A DNA stretch of 63,222 nt, the filler included, from Chiloscyllium plagiosum (Eukaryota): assembly GCF_004010195.1 (NCBI RefSeq). It is 4 parts of one record of this genome, joined end to end, with 100 filler letters (N's around TTAATTAATTAA, not from the genome) between each part and the next. Parts side by side here need not be neighbours in the genome. Positions count along the whole stretch, not along the records: positions 25,503 to 50,867 come from NC_057717.1; 3 more parts are not named here. One strand, 5' to 3'. Made by a program: the position numbers and the translations under genes. The notes under the pieces were generated by a model. The model was not told the DNA's origin, did no database searches, and worked only from the letters and a program-made list of their open reading frames with translations. Below, piece after piece: positions 25,503 through 38,734 of this stretch (positions are counted from its first letter, which is position 1; every line of letters starts with the position of its first letter).

Positions 25503-27807
25503 GTCTACCTTTCTAATCCTCTGATCATCTTGTATGTCTCTATCAAATCCCCTCTAGCCTTATTCTTGCCAATGAGAAGAGTTTCAAGTCTCTCAGCCTT
25601 TCCTCACAAGACCTTCTCTCCAGACCAGGCAACGTTCTGGTAAATCTCCTCTGCACCTTTTCCAATGTTTCCAGATCCTTCCAGAAATATGGGCACCAGA
25701 ACTGAACACAATATTCCAAGTGTGGCTGCACCAGCGTTTTGTATAGTTACAGTATGGTATTTCAACTTCGGAACTCAATCCATCCACGAATGAAACCTAA
25801 CACACCGTTTGCCTTCTTAATAGCACTATCAACCTGGGTGGCAACTTTCAGGGATCTGTGTACATGGACTCAAAGATCCCTCTGCACACCACAATACCAA
25901 GAATCTTTCCATTGATCCAGTATTCAGCCTTCCTGTTATTCTTCATCACCTCAGATTTAGTTGTATTGAACTCTATATGCCACCTCTCAGCCCAATTCTG
26001 CAGTTCACCCAAGTCCCCTTGCAACCTGTAACATTCTTCCACACTGTCCATGACTACACTGACTTTAGTGTCGTCTGCAAATTTCCTAATCCATTCACCT
26101 ATACCTGCAGTGGTCCCAAACAGATCCTGGTGGCACATGACTAGTAACTGGACTCCTGGCTGAATATTTTCCATCAACTACCACTCGCTGCCTTCTTTCA
26201 GAAAGCAAGTTTCTAATTCAAACTGCTAAATCACCCTCAATGCAATGCCTCTGCATTTTCTCCAACAGCCTACCATGTGGAACCTTGTCAAAAGCTTTAC
26301 TTTTGTCCATGTGTACCACGTTAAATGCCCTACCCTCATCTACAAGCTTGGTGACCTTCTCAAAAAAATTCAATGAAGTTTGTGAGACATGACCTGCCCT
26401 TGACAAAACCAAGTTGACTATCTGAAATCAAATTGATGTTTGCCAGATGATTATCAATCTTATCTCTCATAATCCTTTCCTAAACCTTTCCTACAACAGA
26501 TGTAAGGCTCACTGGTCTATAATTACCTGGGTCATCTCTACTGCCCTTCTTGAACAAGGGCACAACATTTGCAATCTTCCAGTACTCTGGTACCACATCT
26601 ACAGACAATGACAACACAAATATCCAAGCCAAAGGCTATGCTACATTCTCCCTAGCTTCCCAGAGAATTCTCGGATAAATCTCATCCACCCAAGGGGACT
26701 TGTCTATTTTCACTCCTTCCAGCATTGATAACATCTGTTCATAACTAACCTTGATCATTTCTAGTCTAATATCTCATACTTCATTCTCATCCTCTGCAAT
26801 ATTCTCCTTTTCTTGAGTGAAAACCGATGAGAAATGTTCATTTAGCATCTCTCCGATCTCCACAGGGTCAACACTCAACTTCCCATTCTGTCTGTGATTG
26901 GTCCTACTCCTATCGTAATCATCTTTTTATTCCTCACATACCTATAGAAAGCTTTAGGGTTCTCCTTTATTCTATTTGTTAAAGACTGCTCATTTCCCCT
27001 CTTTGCTCTTTTTAACTCTCTCTTTAAATTCTTCTCAGCCGATCTGTAATTCTCCATTGCCTCATCTGAACCATCTTGCCTTATCAACACCTAAGCCACT
27101 TTCCTCTTCCTAACAAGAGATGCAGTTTCCGCAGTAAACAACGGTTCCCTTACCTTATCACTTCCTCCTGCCTGACAGGGACATACCTATCAAGGACATA
27201 CAATATCTGTTCCTTAAACCAGCTCCACATTTCTATTCTCTGCATCCCCTGCATTTTGCTACCCCATTCTGTGCATCTAATTCTTGCCTAGTAGCATTAT
27301 AATTGCCCTTGCCCCATCAATAACTCTTGACCTATGGCATGTACTTATTCCTTTCCATCGCTAAACTAAACTTAACTGAATTATGGTCACTCTCTCCAAA
27401 GTGCTCACCTACAACTAAATCAAACACCTCGTCTGGTTCATTACCAAGGACCAGATCCAATGTGGCCTCCCCTCTTGTCGGCCCTTTGACATACTGTGTC
27501 AGGAAACCCTCCTGTACACATTGGATAAAAACCGATTCATCCAACGTATTAGAGTTATAGCATTTCCAGTCAATTTTGGGGAAGTAAAAGTCCTCCATAA
27601 TGACCACCCTGTTACTTTCACTCCTATCCAGAATAATTTTGCTAATCCTCTCTTCCACCTCCTTGGAAGTCTGCGAAGGCCTATTTAAAAAAAACTCCAA
27701 GCAGTGTGATCTCTCCTCTCCTGTTTCTAACCTCAGCCCAAACTACCTCAGGAGACTAGTCCTCATCAAAAGTTCTCTCAGCGACCGTTATACTCTCCTC
27801 GACTAAC
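25503..27807 (-). mobile_element. CR1 ORF2 (EN to RT), degenerate; paralog 48545-50850 (+)
   Basis: [51 protein letters not shown]. Confidence 0.93.
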
Positions 27808-28169
27808 GTGACATGCATGGACCCATTGCAGTGCTTCAAACTCCATGCGGCAGCCATACTCTCTGACAGACAGACTCAGTCTGAAACCTCCTCTGTCCTT
27901 AAGACCTTATGCACTGCCTGTGCTCCTCCATTTCCCCTTTGCATATTCCCTTTCCAACCCACCCCACCTGCAGCACTCCACGAATGGTGCTGTCAAGGGC
28001 AGAAGTCTGTGGAATACCCTCCCTAACCTTCTCTATCCTCCTTTAAGATGTATTTTAAAATCATTGTCTTTAATCAACGTTTTGATCATCTATGAAGCAC
28101 CATAGGAGATTTGCCATTGTAAAAGATTCCATACAATGCAAGTAGTTGTAGTTATTGCTGTACATTAGG

Positions 28170-30690
28170 AGAAACAGGAATGATGCATTCAAAATTCTAA
28201 CAAGAAAGTCACTGACAGGTGTAGTGTGCAGGCCACCAAATAATAACATCACATTGGGATGGTCAATAAACAAAGAAATAACTATTGCCTGTAAAGATGG
28301 TACGGCTATTACCATAACTGATTGTAATCCACATGTAGATTGATCGAACCAGCTCAGTCAGGGTAGCCTTGAGTTTATTAAGTGTATCCATGATAGTTTT
28401 CTTGAACAGTTGAAATGGAACTGACAAGGGAGCAATCTATCCAGCATCTGGCCCTGTGCAATGAGACAGGAATAATTAATGACCCCAGAGTTAGGGATCC
28501 TCTTGAAACAAGTGATCACTGTATGGTTGAATTTAGAATACATATGGAGAGCGTGAAGATAAAATCTAATACCTGGGTCCTGTTCTTCAACAAAGGGAAC
28601 TACAATAGAATGAGGGAGAACTTGGATAACGTAGACTGGAAACAAAGATTTTATGGAGGGACAGTTGATGAGCAGTGGAAGATTTTCAAAAGCACTTTAC
28701 AAAGTGCTCCGCAATGGTATATTCCAGTGAAAAGGAAGGATTGTAAGAAAAGGCATGCTCTGTGATGGGTATCTAAGGAAAGCGATCAAATTGAAAGAGA
28801 AGGCATGCAAAGTGGCCAAAAACAACCTGAAACTAGAACTGGGAAAACTTTAAATGTCAACAGAAAGCCACAGAAGAGCTATAAAGAAAAGTAAGATAGA
28901 ACACGAGAAAAATAAACTAGCACAGACTATCAAGACAGCTAGCAAATTTTTATATTGAATGAGAAAAGAGTGGCTAAAGTAAATGTTGGTCCTTTGGAAA
29001 AGGAGAAGGAACATTTAATTATGGGATATCACAGTGGAGGACACTAATATCTTGCCAATAATTAGCAAAGAGACAAAGATAGGTGAGGATTTGGAAACGA
29101 TCATTATTACGAAACAGCTAGTGTTGGACTGTTGGAGTTAATTGAGCTAACGACAGAAAAGTCTTCTGACCCTGATGGAATGCATCCCAGGTTACTAAAG
29201 GAGATGCCAGGAGAAATAGCAATTGCACTGGCAGTAATTTTCCAAAATTCACTGGAATCTGTGGCAGTCCCAGCAGATTGGAAAGCAGCAAAAGTGATGC
29301 CACTTTTTTAAAAAGGAGGTGGACAAAATGTGGGGAATTATACACAAGTTAGCTTATTCTCTGTAGTGGGAAAGATGCTTGGATCTATCATCAAGGAAGA
29401 AATAGCAGGGAATCTCGATAGAAATTGCCCCATTGTACAGACACAGCATGGGTTCATGTAGGGCAGGTCATGCTTCACAAATCTTTTGGAATTGTATGAA
29501 GACATTTCGATCAAGGTGGACAACGGGGACCCAGTGGATGCGGTGTACCTGGATTTCCAAAAGGCCTTCAACAAGGACCTGTGCAAGAGGCTGTTGCATA
29601 ATATAAAGGTGCATGGTATTAGGAGTAGAGTATTAGCATGGATAGAAGATTGCTTCCTGTTATTCAACCAAAGCATGGGGATAAATGAGTACTATTCTGG
29701 CTGGCTATTAATGACTAATAGTGTGCCTCAGGGATCAGTGTTAGGACTGTGATTATTTAGAATTCATACAGATGATTTGGAGTTGGCGACCACATGTAGG
29801 GTATTAAAGTTTGCATATGAGACTAAGATGAGTAGCAGAACAAAGAGTGCGGAGGACTGTGAAACTTTGCACAGGAACATAAATACATTGAGTGAGTGGG
29901 CAATGGTTTGGCATTTGGAATAGAATGTTCATAAATATAAAGTCATACTGTTTGGTTGGAGTAACATTAAAAAAAGAGATTATTACTTGAATTTTAAAAA
30001 GTTACATCATTTGTTAAGCAGGGGCATCTGAGTATCCTTCTGCATGAAGGCTGGTTACCAGGTACAACAATCAATTCAGAAGGCAAATTGAATTTTGGCC
30101 TTCATTGCTGAAGGGATTGTGTTTAAAAGCAGAGTTTATGTTCCAGCTGTATTGAGTGCTGGTGAGGCTACACCTGGAGTACTGCATGCAGTTTCTGTCT
30201 CCTTACTTGCTCAAGGATGTACTGGCAGTAGAGGGGGTGCAGAGGAGGTTAGCTAGGTTGATTCCGGAGTTCAGGGGGTTGGCTTAACAGAGAATGAGTA
30301 GATTGGGATTATATTGATTGGAATTCAGAAGAATGGGAAACATATAAAATAATGAATGGAATGGATAAAATATAAGTAGAGAGAATGTTTCCACTGGCAG
30401 GTGAAGCCAGGACAAGAGGGCATCACCTCAAGATTAGAGTCAGCAAATTTAGGACTGAATTGAGAAGGGACTTCTTGACCTCTATGGAATTCATTGCCCA
30501 GGGAAGTAGTTGATGCTAGTTCAGCAAACATTTTTAAAGCTAAGGTAACTTTTTTTAAAAGAAATAACTAATTAATTAAGGAATATGGTGAGAACGTTGG
30601 TAAATGGTTGTGCGTCCACGAAATGATCAGCCATGATCTTATTGGCTCAAAGGGCAGGACGGCCTTCTCCTGTTCCTAGTTCTTTTGTTG
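28170..30690 (+). mobile_element. CR1 ORF2 to 3' UTR, different subfamily; paralog 45530-48180 (-)
   Basis: GVVCRPPN, SDHCMVEF, YLDFQKAFNK, VPQGSVLG. Confidence 0.92.
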
Positions 30691-30812
30691 TTATGTTTTG
30701 CATTCCTCCCGCACTTTTGACTTTCAGGTGCTGGTGTTGGATTAGGATGGACAAAATTAAAATTCAAAGAACACCAGGTTATANNNNNNNNNNNNNNNNN
30801 NNNNNNNNNNNN

Positions 30813-31260
30813 GAAGCAGTGCGCATGCTCCAGGCAACAATGGGCCCCTGGTGGTTGATGTCAGCGGAAGACCAATGGAAAGGTAGGGACAGAGCTGGAG
30901 GACCTGGCGGGGCATTTGGTCCTCTGACCAATCAGAGTATATGAGGGACGGGACTAGACTATACCACGTGATCATCCTCATGGTGGGCGCGGATGTGCGG
31001 GATGTGTGGATGGAGAGCTGTTGGTAAGGAAAGAAATAAACAGCAGGAAGTGGGACGGAAATGGTGTTGGTATGGGCTGAGAGGTTTTACAAACATTTAA
31101 TGCACATCGAAAAATACAAATTTGAAACTTACAGTCCCATTTTTGCAGTAAACTGGAAAATAACCTCATCGTGTGACCGCCGCCATCTTTATTCAGGGCA
31201 AAGATTCACTGGACACGTGCGCGGCCGCCAGCTTTGTAGGGGGCAAAGTTCAGAGGTGTG
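30813..31260. promoter_or_regulatory. CpG-island-like promoter cluster, copy 1
   Basis: NRF1 30820-30830, ETS-like CGGAAG/CAGGAAG, CCAAT at 30872 and CCAATCAG at 30928, E-box CACGTG at 30965, YY1 GCCGCCATCTT 31179-31189; donors TTG|GTAAGG (+, 31024) and ACT|GTAAGT (-, 31132). Confidence 0.7.
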
Positions 31261-31369
31261 ATGTGCAGCCCTCCCTGGTAGAGAGTCACAGGGCAGGATT
31301 TACACAGAGCACATTCAGACCCAGAGGAATGGACGATTTTTTTTTTGATTTTTTTTCTTCATCCATTTA

Positions 31370-32200
31370 AATCATTTGGATGTGAACAGAGCCGGTACGG
31401 TTTGTAAGTTTGCAGATGACACCACTGTATTATGGACAGTGATATAGGTTGTCACAGAGTACAATGGGATATTGATTCGATGGGCCAATGGGCTGCGGAG
31501 TAGCAGATAGGGTTTAATTTAGATAAATGTGTGGTGCTGCATTTTAGAAAAGCAAATCAGAGCAGGACTCACTGAATTGTAAGGTCTTGGAGAGTCTTGC
31601 TGAACAAAGAGACCTTGGAGTGCATTTTCATAGTTCCTTGAAAGTAGATAGGATAGTGAAGAAATTGTTTGGGATTCTTCCCTTCGTTGGTCAGAGAATT
31701 GAGTAAAGGAGCTGTTTGTTTAGGCCACTTTTGGAATAGTGTATGCAATTCTGGTCTCCCTCTTATCAGAAAGAGGCACTGAAACATGGAAGGTTTGAGA
31801 ATTGATTTTTAAGGATGTTGCCAGGGTTGGAGGATTTGAGTTGCAGGGAGAGGCATAATAGGCTGGGGCTATTTTCCCTGGAGTGTCATAGGCTGCGGTG
31901 TGATGTTGAAGAGGTTTATAAAATCGTGAGGGGCATGGATAGCGTAAATAGACAAGGTGTTTACCCTGGGGTGGTGGAGCCCAGAACTAGAGGATATAGG
32001 TTTAGGGTGAGAGGGGAAAATTCAAAAGGAGCCTAAAGGCAACCAAAATTGTAACATTTAAAAGGCAATTGAATAGGAAGGGTTCAGAGGGATGTCGGTC
32101 AAGTGCTGGCAAATGGGAATAGTTTAGGTTAGAATATCTGGTTTGCATAGACGGGTTCGACTGAAGGTTGGACTGTTTTTGTGCTAGACATCTCTGTCTG
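31370..32200 (+). mobile_element. CR1 3' fragment; paralog ~43895-44770 (-)
   Basis: KFADDT, MLPGLEDLSCRERHNRLGLFSLE, RTRGYRFRV, 3' tail. Confidence 0.9.
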
Positions 32201-33329
32201 TGGGATCATAAAAGTGAACACTGCTCTGATTCACCTCTGGGCTCCTTGATGTCCACTTGTTCGTTATCTAGCTTCCTCAGTCTCACATGAGTGTATTTTT
32301 GCCATGTTTAATATTTTACTACTACGTTCACAGACCTTTCTGTAAATGGATTGTCCACTGCTGCCCGAATCCTGACCGTATGCTGCTCCATTATCAGGTT
32401 ATTGTTTTCCACAATATCTTTGACAGTCAAGAATTCTTTTTTCCAATAGTGAGTGGATTTTTCTTCCATTTCTGACAGTCAAGTTCTGCGTCGTTTTCAT
32501 TCCCTATAATTCATATTGCACTCCCTGAAACATCATGTGTATTTCTCCTTCCACAGACACCAGTGATCATTGACAAAGCCGTCTTGCCTGTGGAGAGGGT
32601 GATATTTGACTTCCTTGTACAGCTGCAGTTTGAATGGTGAAGGCGCTCCCACAACATGGTTGGGTAAGAGACATTACAGATTATTCACTCAGCGGGAGTG
32701 AAAAGTAGAAGATATCTGTACAAATCAACATGTTTTTAAATTAAATATTGAGAACTTTTGACATAAGGCCACAACTGGAGAATATTATGTCCGTTGACCA
32801 AAACCATTGCCAAATAAGCAATCTTTCAGGAATGCCTTAAAGGAAAAAGCAGATCTTAGAGGGTCGGAATTCCAGACCGTGTTGCCTTGAATTCTATAGA
32901 AATAATCACACAGCTGAACTCAAAAATAAACACATCATTGGGAGTCTAAACTAAAATGAGTTATTGAGATATGAAAGGGTGTGTGGTGCAGGGAGATAGG
33001 AATGCTTACAGCCAGGAATTAAGTCAAGGGTGTGAAAGTAAATTGTTGTTGCCTATAAATGGGAGTCTTTTGATGGATCAGCAAGTTCTGGTACAAGTGA
33101 GCACTTGGGCGGTAGAGTTTTCAATATTCTGGATATTATAGGGAGGGTGATTGTGGGATGCTGGCCAGGAGTGGGTTTAGATAATGAAATCTAGAGTTAA
33201 CAAAAGGAATGAAGGAGAGTTTCAGTAAATGAGCTGAGACTGTGGTGAGGTCAGGTGATATCGCTGAAGTCGAAATCGTGGTCTTGGAGTGGGACTAGGC
33301 TATCACCCTCACCTCACCTCTGGAATTCA

Positions 33330-34260
33330 GCTGTTTGTCAGTTTGTGAATCAAGTCTGTAACAAGCTCAGAAGCTGATTGACCCTTGCAGAACCCAAACT
33401 GGGCGTCACTGAGCAGGTTATTGTGAGTATGTGCTTGACAGCACTGTTGATGACAACTTCTATCACTTCACTGCTGAGCGAGTGTGGACTGATGGCGGGA
33501 AGTTGGATGTGTCCTGCGTTTTTGTGTTGAAAAACACTGGGAAACATTTCCCAATGTCGGTAGATGCCAGTGCTGGAGCAGTACTTGCCTTGGGCAGCAT
33601 GTTCTGGAGCACAGCCATCAGTATTATTCCACAATGCTGGCAGGGCCCATAGCCTTTACACTACTTGTCCATTTCTTGATCTGATTTGAAATGAGTTTTC
33701 AACCCGATCGAATCACATCTGTGATGTCAGGACCAATGGAGAAGGCTCATCCACTTGGCACTACTGGCTGAAGATTGCTGCAAATGCTGTTGTCTTATCT
33801 GTTGCATGGATGTGTGAAACACCTCCATCAGTAAGGGTGGGGATATCTGTGATGCAGTGAGTTGTTTAATTGTCCATCACCATTCGTGACTAGGTGTGGC
33901 AGAACTGCAGTGCTTAGATCTGATCCATTGGTTGTTGGATCACATAGTTTTATTTGGTGTTGCTTGCACTGTAGCTTCACCAGGTTGGCACCACAGTTTT
34001 AGGTATGTCTGGTATTGCCCCTGGCATGCCCTGCAGAAGTCTCCATTGAATTAGGGTTGATTCCCCTGGCTTGATGTTAATGGTTGAGTGGGGGATACAC
34101 CAGGCCATGAGATTTCATATTGGGCTGGAGTACAGTTCTGCTGCTGTTGTTGGCCCACAGTGAGGCGGAAGTTGCAGGGTCAAGAGGGCTGATTGTGTGG
34201 TTGTATTTTCCGGTGCATTGCTCGATGTAATGTGGTCCATCCAGGTTCATTCCCTGTTTT
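33330..34260 (-). mobile_element. Degenerate LINE ORF2 fragment (second family); paralog 41834-42790 (+)
   Basis: AISPHSLSSEVIEVVIN (degenerate RPISLLSxxxKVxE), AQFGF remnant. Confidence 0.7.
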
Positions 34261-34495
34261 AGACTGTGCAGTGATTAATACAGTGAGTGATTTGGTGGGC
34301 CACTGTCAGGAATGCAACTTTTAAAAAAAGGCTTTGTGATTTAAACATGAAAGAAGTGAAACTATCATGGTATTCGAACAGATGAATGATTCAACAGACA
34401 ATCAAGGTATTTTCCAATGGATAACTTCAGTTACATCACACTGTAAAGTTTTGCTATAAATTCTGTGTCTTAGAATTATGCCCTGCACACACAAT

Positions 34496-34530
34496 CACCT
34501 GATGAAGGAACGGCGCTCCGAAAGCTAGTG
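34496..34530 (+). ncRNA. Minimal type I hammerhead ribozyme motif, family 2, within PLE-like repeat ~34320-34583
   Basis: CAC CTGATGA A GGAACGGCGCTCC GAAA GCTA GTG: stem I CAC/GTG, stem II GGA/TCC with one mismatch beyond, palindromic AGCT, CUA triplet. Confidence 0.7.
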
Positions 34531-35059
34531 TGCTTCCAATTAAAGCTGATGGACTATAACCTGGTGTTGTGTGATTCTTAACTGAGAATATTACAGCACG
34601 ACTAACAGGGCTGCATGTAAACAGGCTCAGTCCAGTTAATCAATACATTCGGAAGGATTTCCTCCAAGTGTGATGACACACTATTAGTCAAAACCGTCAA
34701 CTTCAACCTGCAATGTTGTTATTAACAAAAACCTCAGGCTGACACAAAGCTCCCCACCCCACTGCAATGTAGTAACTGGGCCCGGCCCAGGAATTGGAAC
34801 TGGGACATTTGTGGACCGTGATCTCAAAGGAAGGGAGCAAACACAATTCTGATAGATTAGTCCTCAAAGATGGGTAGCAGGTTTGAGACAAGGCAGGTAG
34901 TATACCATCTTGCACTTAGCTTAATTGCATTTCTTATTCACAGTCGTGTTTTGCAAAGTATAAAGAACCAGTTTATTTCCGTGGTTGGGGAGTTTTATCC
35001 TCGTTGATCACAGTTGCTGCCTCTTGCTCCCCAAGTCAAATCATAGGATCGATAACAAA

Positions 35060-35280
35060 ACAATAAACTGTAGCTTCTGGCGATCTGAATCCCAGAAACA
35101 AAGTGCTGGAGAAACTCAGCAGTTCTGAGGGCATCGTTCAAGAGAAAAAATGATACATTTCAAGTTCACTGACTCTTCGTCTGAACGGACAAAAGGTCAT
35201 GAGACTTTGAACTTATAATGTTTTATTCCCCTCAGAGATGCTGCTGGACCTGCGGTTCTCCAGCACTGTGCTTTCTATAG
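35060..35280. mobile_element. Old inverted pair of PLE terminal-repeat fragments; paralog ~41020-41240
   Basis: gtgctggagaaactcagcag ... ctgcggttctccagcac inverted arms; gatgctgc motif as in family 1. Confidence 0.55.
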
Positions 35281-36595
35281 TGAACTTTATTTACAAAACA
35301 GATCGGAAAAATACTAATCTCCAAAAGTCAAAAGTTCATTGCAAACATGAGCATAGTTTCCACACTTGAGTTACACAAGCACGCCTCAGTTTAAAACAAG
35401 ATTTAACTCTGAGTAACATTCCATCTCAAAATTAGCCGAGTTACACCAGTAATAAAGCTCATCCACCCAATGAGGCACTTCAGCACAACATCCTGCAGTG
35501 TTGCACACAGTCACACTTACCAAAGAATGATCACATATCACAAAAATGAAGGCCAAGAGCATGTCTGTTTAAAGGAGCTGAAGTCAAACTCAATTTTTTT
35601 GAAGGAATTTTATTAAACCTGATTGAGCATTTAAATCTGAGCATAATCTTTGCTTTTTTAAACAAGGTTTGTGAGAAAGATCCCACATCTTGCTAAAGGT
35701 TCAGTTCGGCCTGATACATAGAGCCAAAGGTCAAGCAAACATCACAATTTGCACTCACTTCTACACATTGTTTGTAAAATCATGAGTCACATTAAAGAAC
35801 TGGACAATAAATGTCATTGTATGAAATTAGAGTGAAGCCTGTGACAGCCGATGTAGCTTTGGAGGGCAGTGTGTGTGCTTTCTAAATTCTGGGAGCACTT
35901 TGGGAGACGGCTCCCAGATGGTGATAGTTAGCATATCTGGAATGCACTGTTTAGATTTGGGAATCATTGGGAGACAATCTGTGGTTTCAATAGTACTTGG
36001 CTTGCGTTGTTGGTGTACAGTAAGCAATTCATAAAGTTACTTATGTATTGTTGTTGACTACCTGCATGGCATTCAAATCTGCCAGGTTGCCTTGAATAGT
36101 GTGAATGCATCTATTGTAAATATTTGGAATATTCCAGAACTGCCCAGTGCTTGGCAAATTCAGGGGGGACAAAAAAATCACCGAGTAATTTGAAATTAAG
36201 AATCCAAGAGGACGAAACAACTATAGTTATATGGATTGCTCACAATTAAAATACCTGTGTTCCAGAGAAATGGATGGACTGACAGAATTGGGAATAAATT
36301 CCTAGCTGGGGCATGTGAAATGTGCTTTGATAAAGTCACCTGCATTTACCAACAATAATTTGGCAAGCTCGGAAATTTAAAAAACAATACGAGCTTCATT
36401 GCTGCTCCAGTCAGGTCCCAAGCTCTGTGAAAAAATAACAATGTTCAGGTTTATTGCATACACTCTGAAACAAGTGTTTCTTCTACAGATCCTGAAAGTA
36501 TCCCCAATGAGCATATTCCATCCAAATGATGTTGCTAATTTAGGCCAACTCATTTCTTTCCGAGCCTCTATAACCTGAAGAGTGACCAGAAGCAA

Positions 36596-36897
36596 TTAGA
36601 TTAGATTAGATTTAGATTAGATTAGATTAGATTAGATTAGATTAGATTAGATTACAGTGTGGAAACAGGCCCTTCGGCCCAACAAGTCCACACCGACCCG
36701 CCGAAGCGAAACCCACCCATACCCCTACATTTACCCCTTATCTAACACTACGGGCAATTTAGTATGGCCAATTCACCTGACCCTGCACATCTTTGGACTG
36801 TGGGAGGAAACCGGAACACCCGGAGGAAACCCACGCAGACACGGGGAGAACGTGCAAACTCCAGCAGTGCTAACCACTGTGCCACCCTGCCGCCCAC
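36596..36897 (-). mobile_element. HE1-like SINE with long (TCTAA)n tail, present only in the left copy of the duplication
   Basis: About 11 TTAGA units at 36596-36653; V-domain; head ccgcccac; empty site ggagtaattgct near 39631-39642. Confidence 0.92.
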
Positions 36898-38602
36898 TAT
36901 GTTACTCCCCATATGTGGGAACATTACCGACGAGGATTTTTTNNNNNNNNNNNNNNNNNNNNNNNNNNNNNNNNNNNNNNNNNNNNNNNNNNNNNNNNNN
37001 NNNNNNNNNNNNNNNNNNNNNNNNNNNNNNNNNNNNNNNNNNNNNNNNNNNNNNNNNNNNNNNNNNNNNNNNNNNNNNNNNNNNNNNNNNNNNNNNNNNN
37101 NNNNNNNNNNNNNNNNNNNNNNNNNNNNNNNNNNNNNNNNNNNNNNNNNNNNNNNNNNNNNNNNNNNNNNNNNNNNNNNNNNNNNNNNNNNNNNNNNNNN
37201 NNNNNNNNNNNNNNNNNNNNNNNNNNNNNNNNNNNNNNNNNNNNNNNNNNNNNNNNNNNNNNNNNNNNNNNNNNNNNNNNNNNNNNNNNNNNNNNNNNNN
37301 NNNNNNNNNNNNNNNNNNNNNNNNNNNNNNNNNNNNNNNNNNNNNNNNNNNNNNNNNNNNNNNNNNNNNNNNNNNNNNNNNNNNNNNNNNNNNNNNNNNN
37401 NNNNNNNNNNNNNNNNNNNNNNNNNNNNNNNNNNNNNNNNNNGAATCTTGTTTCCATAAGATCACCCCTGCTTATCTGTTCTTAATAGGTCAACCCTTTT
37501 ATCCTCAAAGCAGCTAAGTGAATCTTTTTTGAATGGTCTCCGATGTTAGTTTATCCTTTATTAAATATGGGAGCTAACACTGCAAGTGAGGACTCAACAA
37601 CAGCCAGTGTGGTTAACCAATCCTCAGTCCATGCTAATACATTACCCCGATACCATGAGCTCCTAAATTGTGCAATTAACTTTTATGTAGCACCTTATCA
37701 TTTACATTTTTAAAATCCAAATATAGGACATCATTGGATTGCCCTTTATCAGCCCTGCTTGTTATCTTCTCAATGAACTGTCGTAAATTTGTCAAATATA
37801 GTTTCTCTTTCACAAAACCCAGTCTACCATGTTTAATGATAAGCTTTTCTAAATGTCCTGCAATTTTTTTCTTTAAGACTCGACTCTGTAGATTCTTTCA
37901 GTAGATTTGCTAAGTATGATTCCCCTCTCTTAAATCCATGCGGACTCTGTCCAATCCTGTCACTGTTCAGTAAGAAACTTGACTGTACTCCAATATAGCT
38001 AGTAAATGTATCTGTATTTATTTTTTAAAATTGATTATTTATAAATGCTGGACCCATGCAATATCAATGAATTAGTGACTCTGAATTTGGGTTATAATGT
38101 TTTTTGTTAATTCCTTTTCCTACTGTGTTATGCAAACAGCACCAAGTGATCACTCTTAATTGTGAGTAACTTTGAAAATAATAAATTTTAAAAATGACAT
38201 CCCAAAATGCTGCCTCATTATTATGCAAGGGGGATTTTGCATTCTATAGTTTGCAGATAAAATTGAACAGATTTTTGCTGCAATTTGGCCAGACTGCAGG
38301 TTACACCACAGTGGCAACTCTGTTGTCAAATTCTTACTTGGCACTGCCCAAGGCGATACTGATGGGACTTCACTTTGCCATTCTTGTTCACCAGCTTTAT
38401 TTCCAGGTTTAATCGTATAATCATTCTAGAGCTTGTAATTTTAGACAACTTCTCTTTTAGGTACAAATGTAAATATCATACTGAAATGTTGCACTTAATG
38501 GTACCAAATCTGAAATTAGTCTCTAATCTGATAGTAACACGCTCTGACCCTTCTACATATGTATTGGCATAAGTCTATGCCAGTTATTTTTCTGAAGCCT
38601 GT

Positions 38603-38734
38603 GATTCCTGATGAAGGGCTTATGCCCGAAACATCAACTCTCCTGCTTCTCGGATGCTGCCTGACTTGCTGTGCTTTTCCAGCATGACACTTTTCGACTC
38701 TGATGTCCAGCTTCTTTGGTCATCACTTTCTCCT
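38603..38734 (+). mobile_element. Solo PLE terminal repeat, hammerhead family 1
   Basis: attc CTGATGA A GGGC TTAT GCCC GAAAC ATC ... gatgctgcctgac ... cactttctcc. Confidence 0.85.

Larger units (their letters stand above)
25503..36942 (+). repeat. Left copy of ~11 kb segmental duplication (inverted relative to ~39598-50817)
   Basis: Colinear reverse-complement match including TE junctions and unique DNA, e.g. 25503 gtctacctttctaatcc vs 50801-50817; 36911 atatgtgggaacattaccga vs 39609-39628. Confidence 0.95.

Noticed and set aside
32557..32664. Exon-like segment with good acceptor and donor in both duplicate copies
   Set aside because: Stops in all three frames, and the sequence resembles an antisense LINE 3' tail. 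At most a non-coding exonisation.
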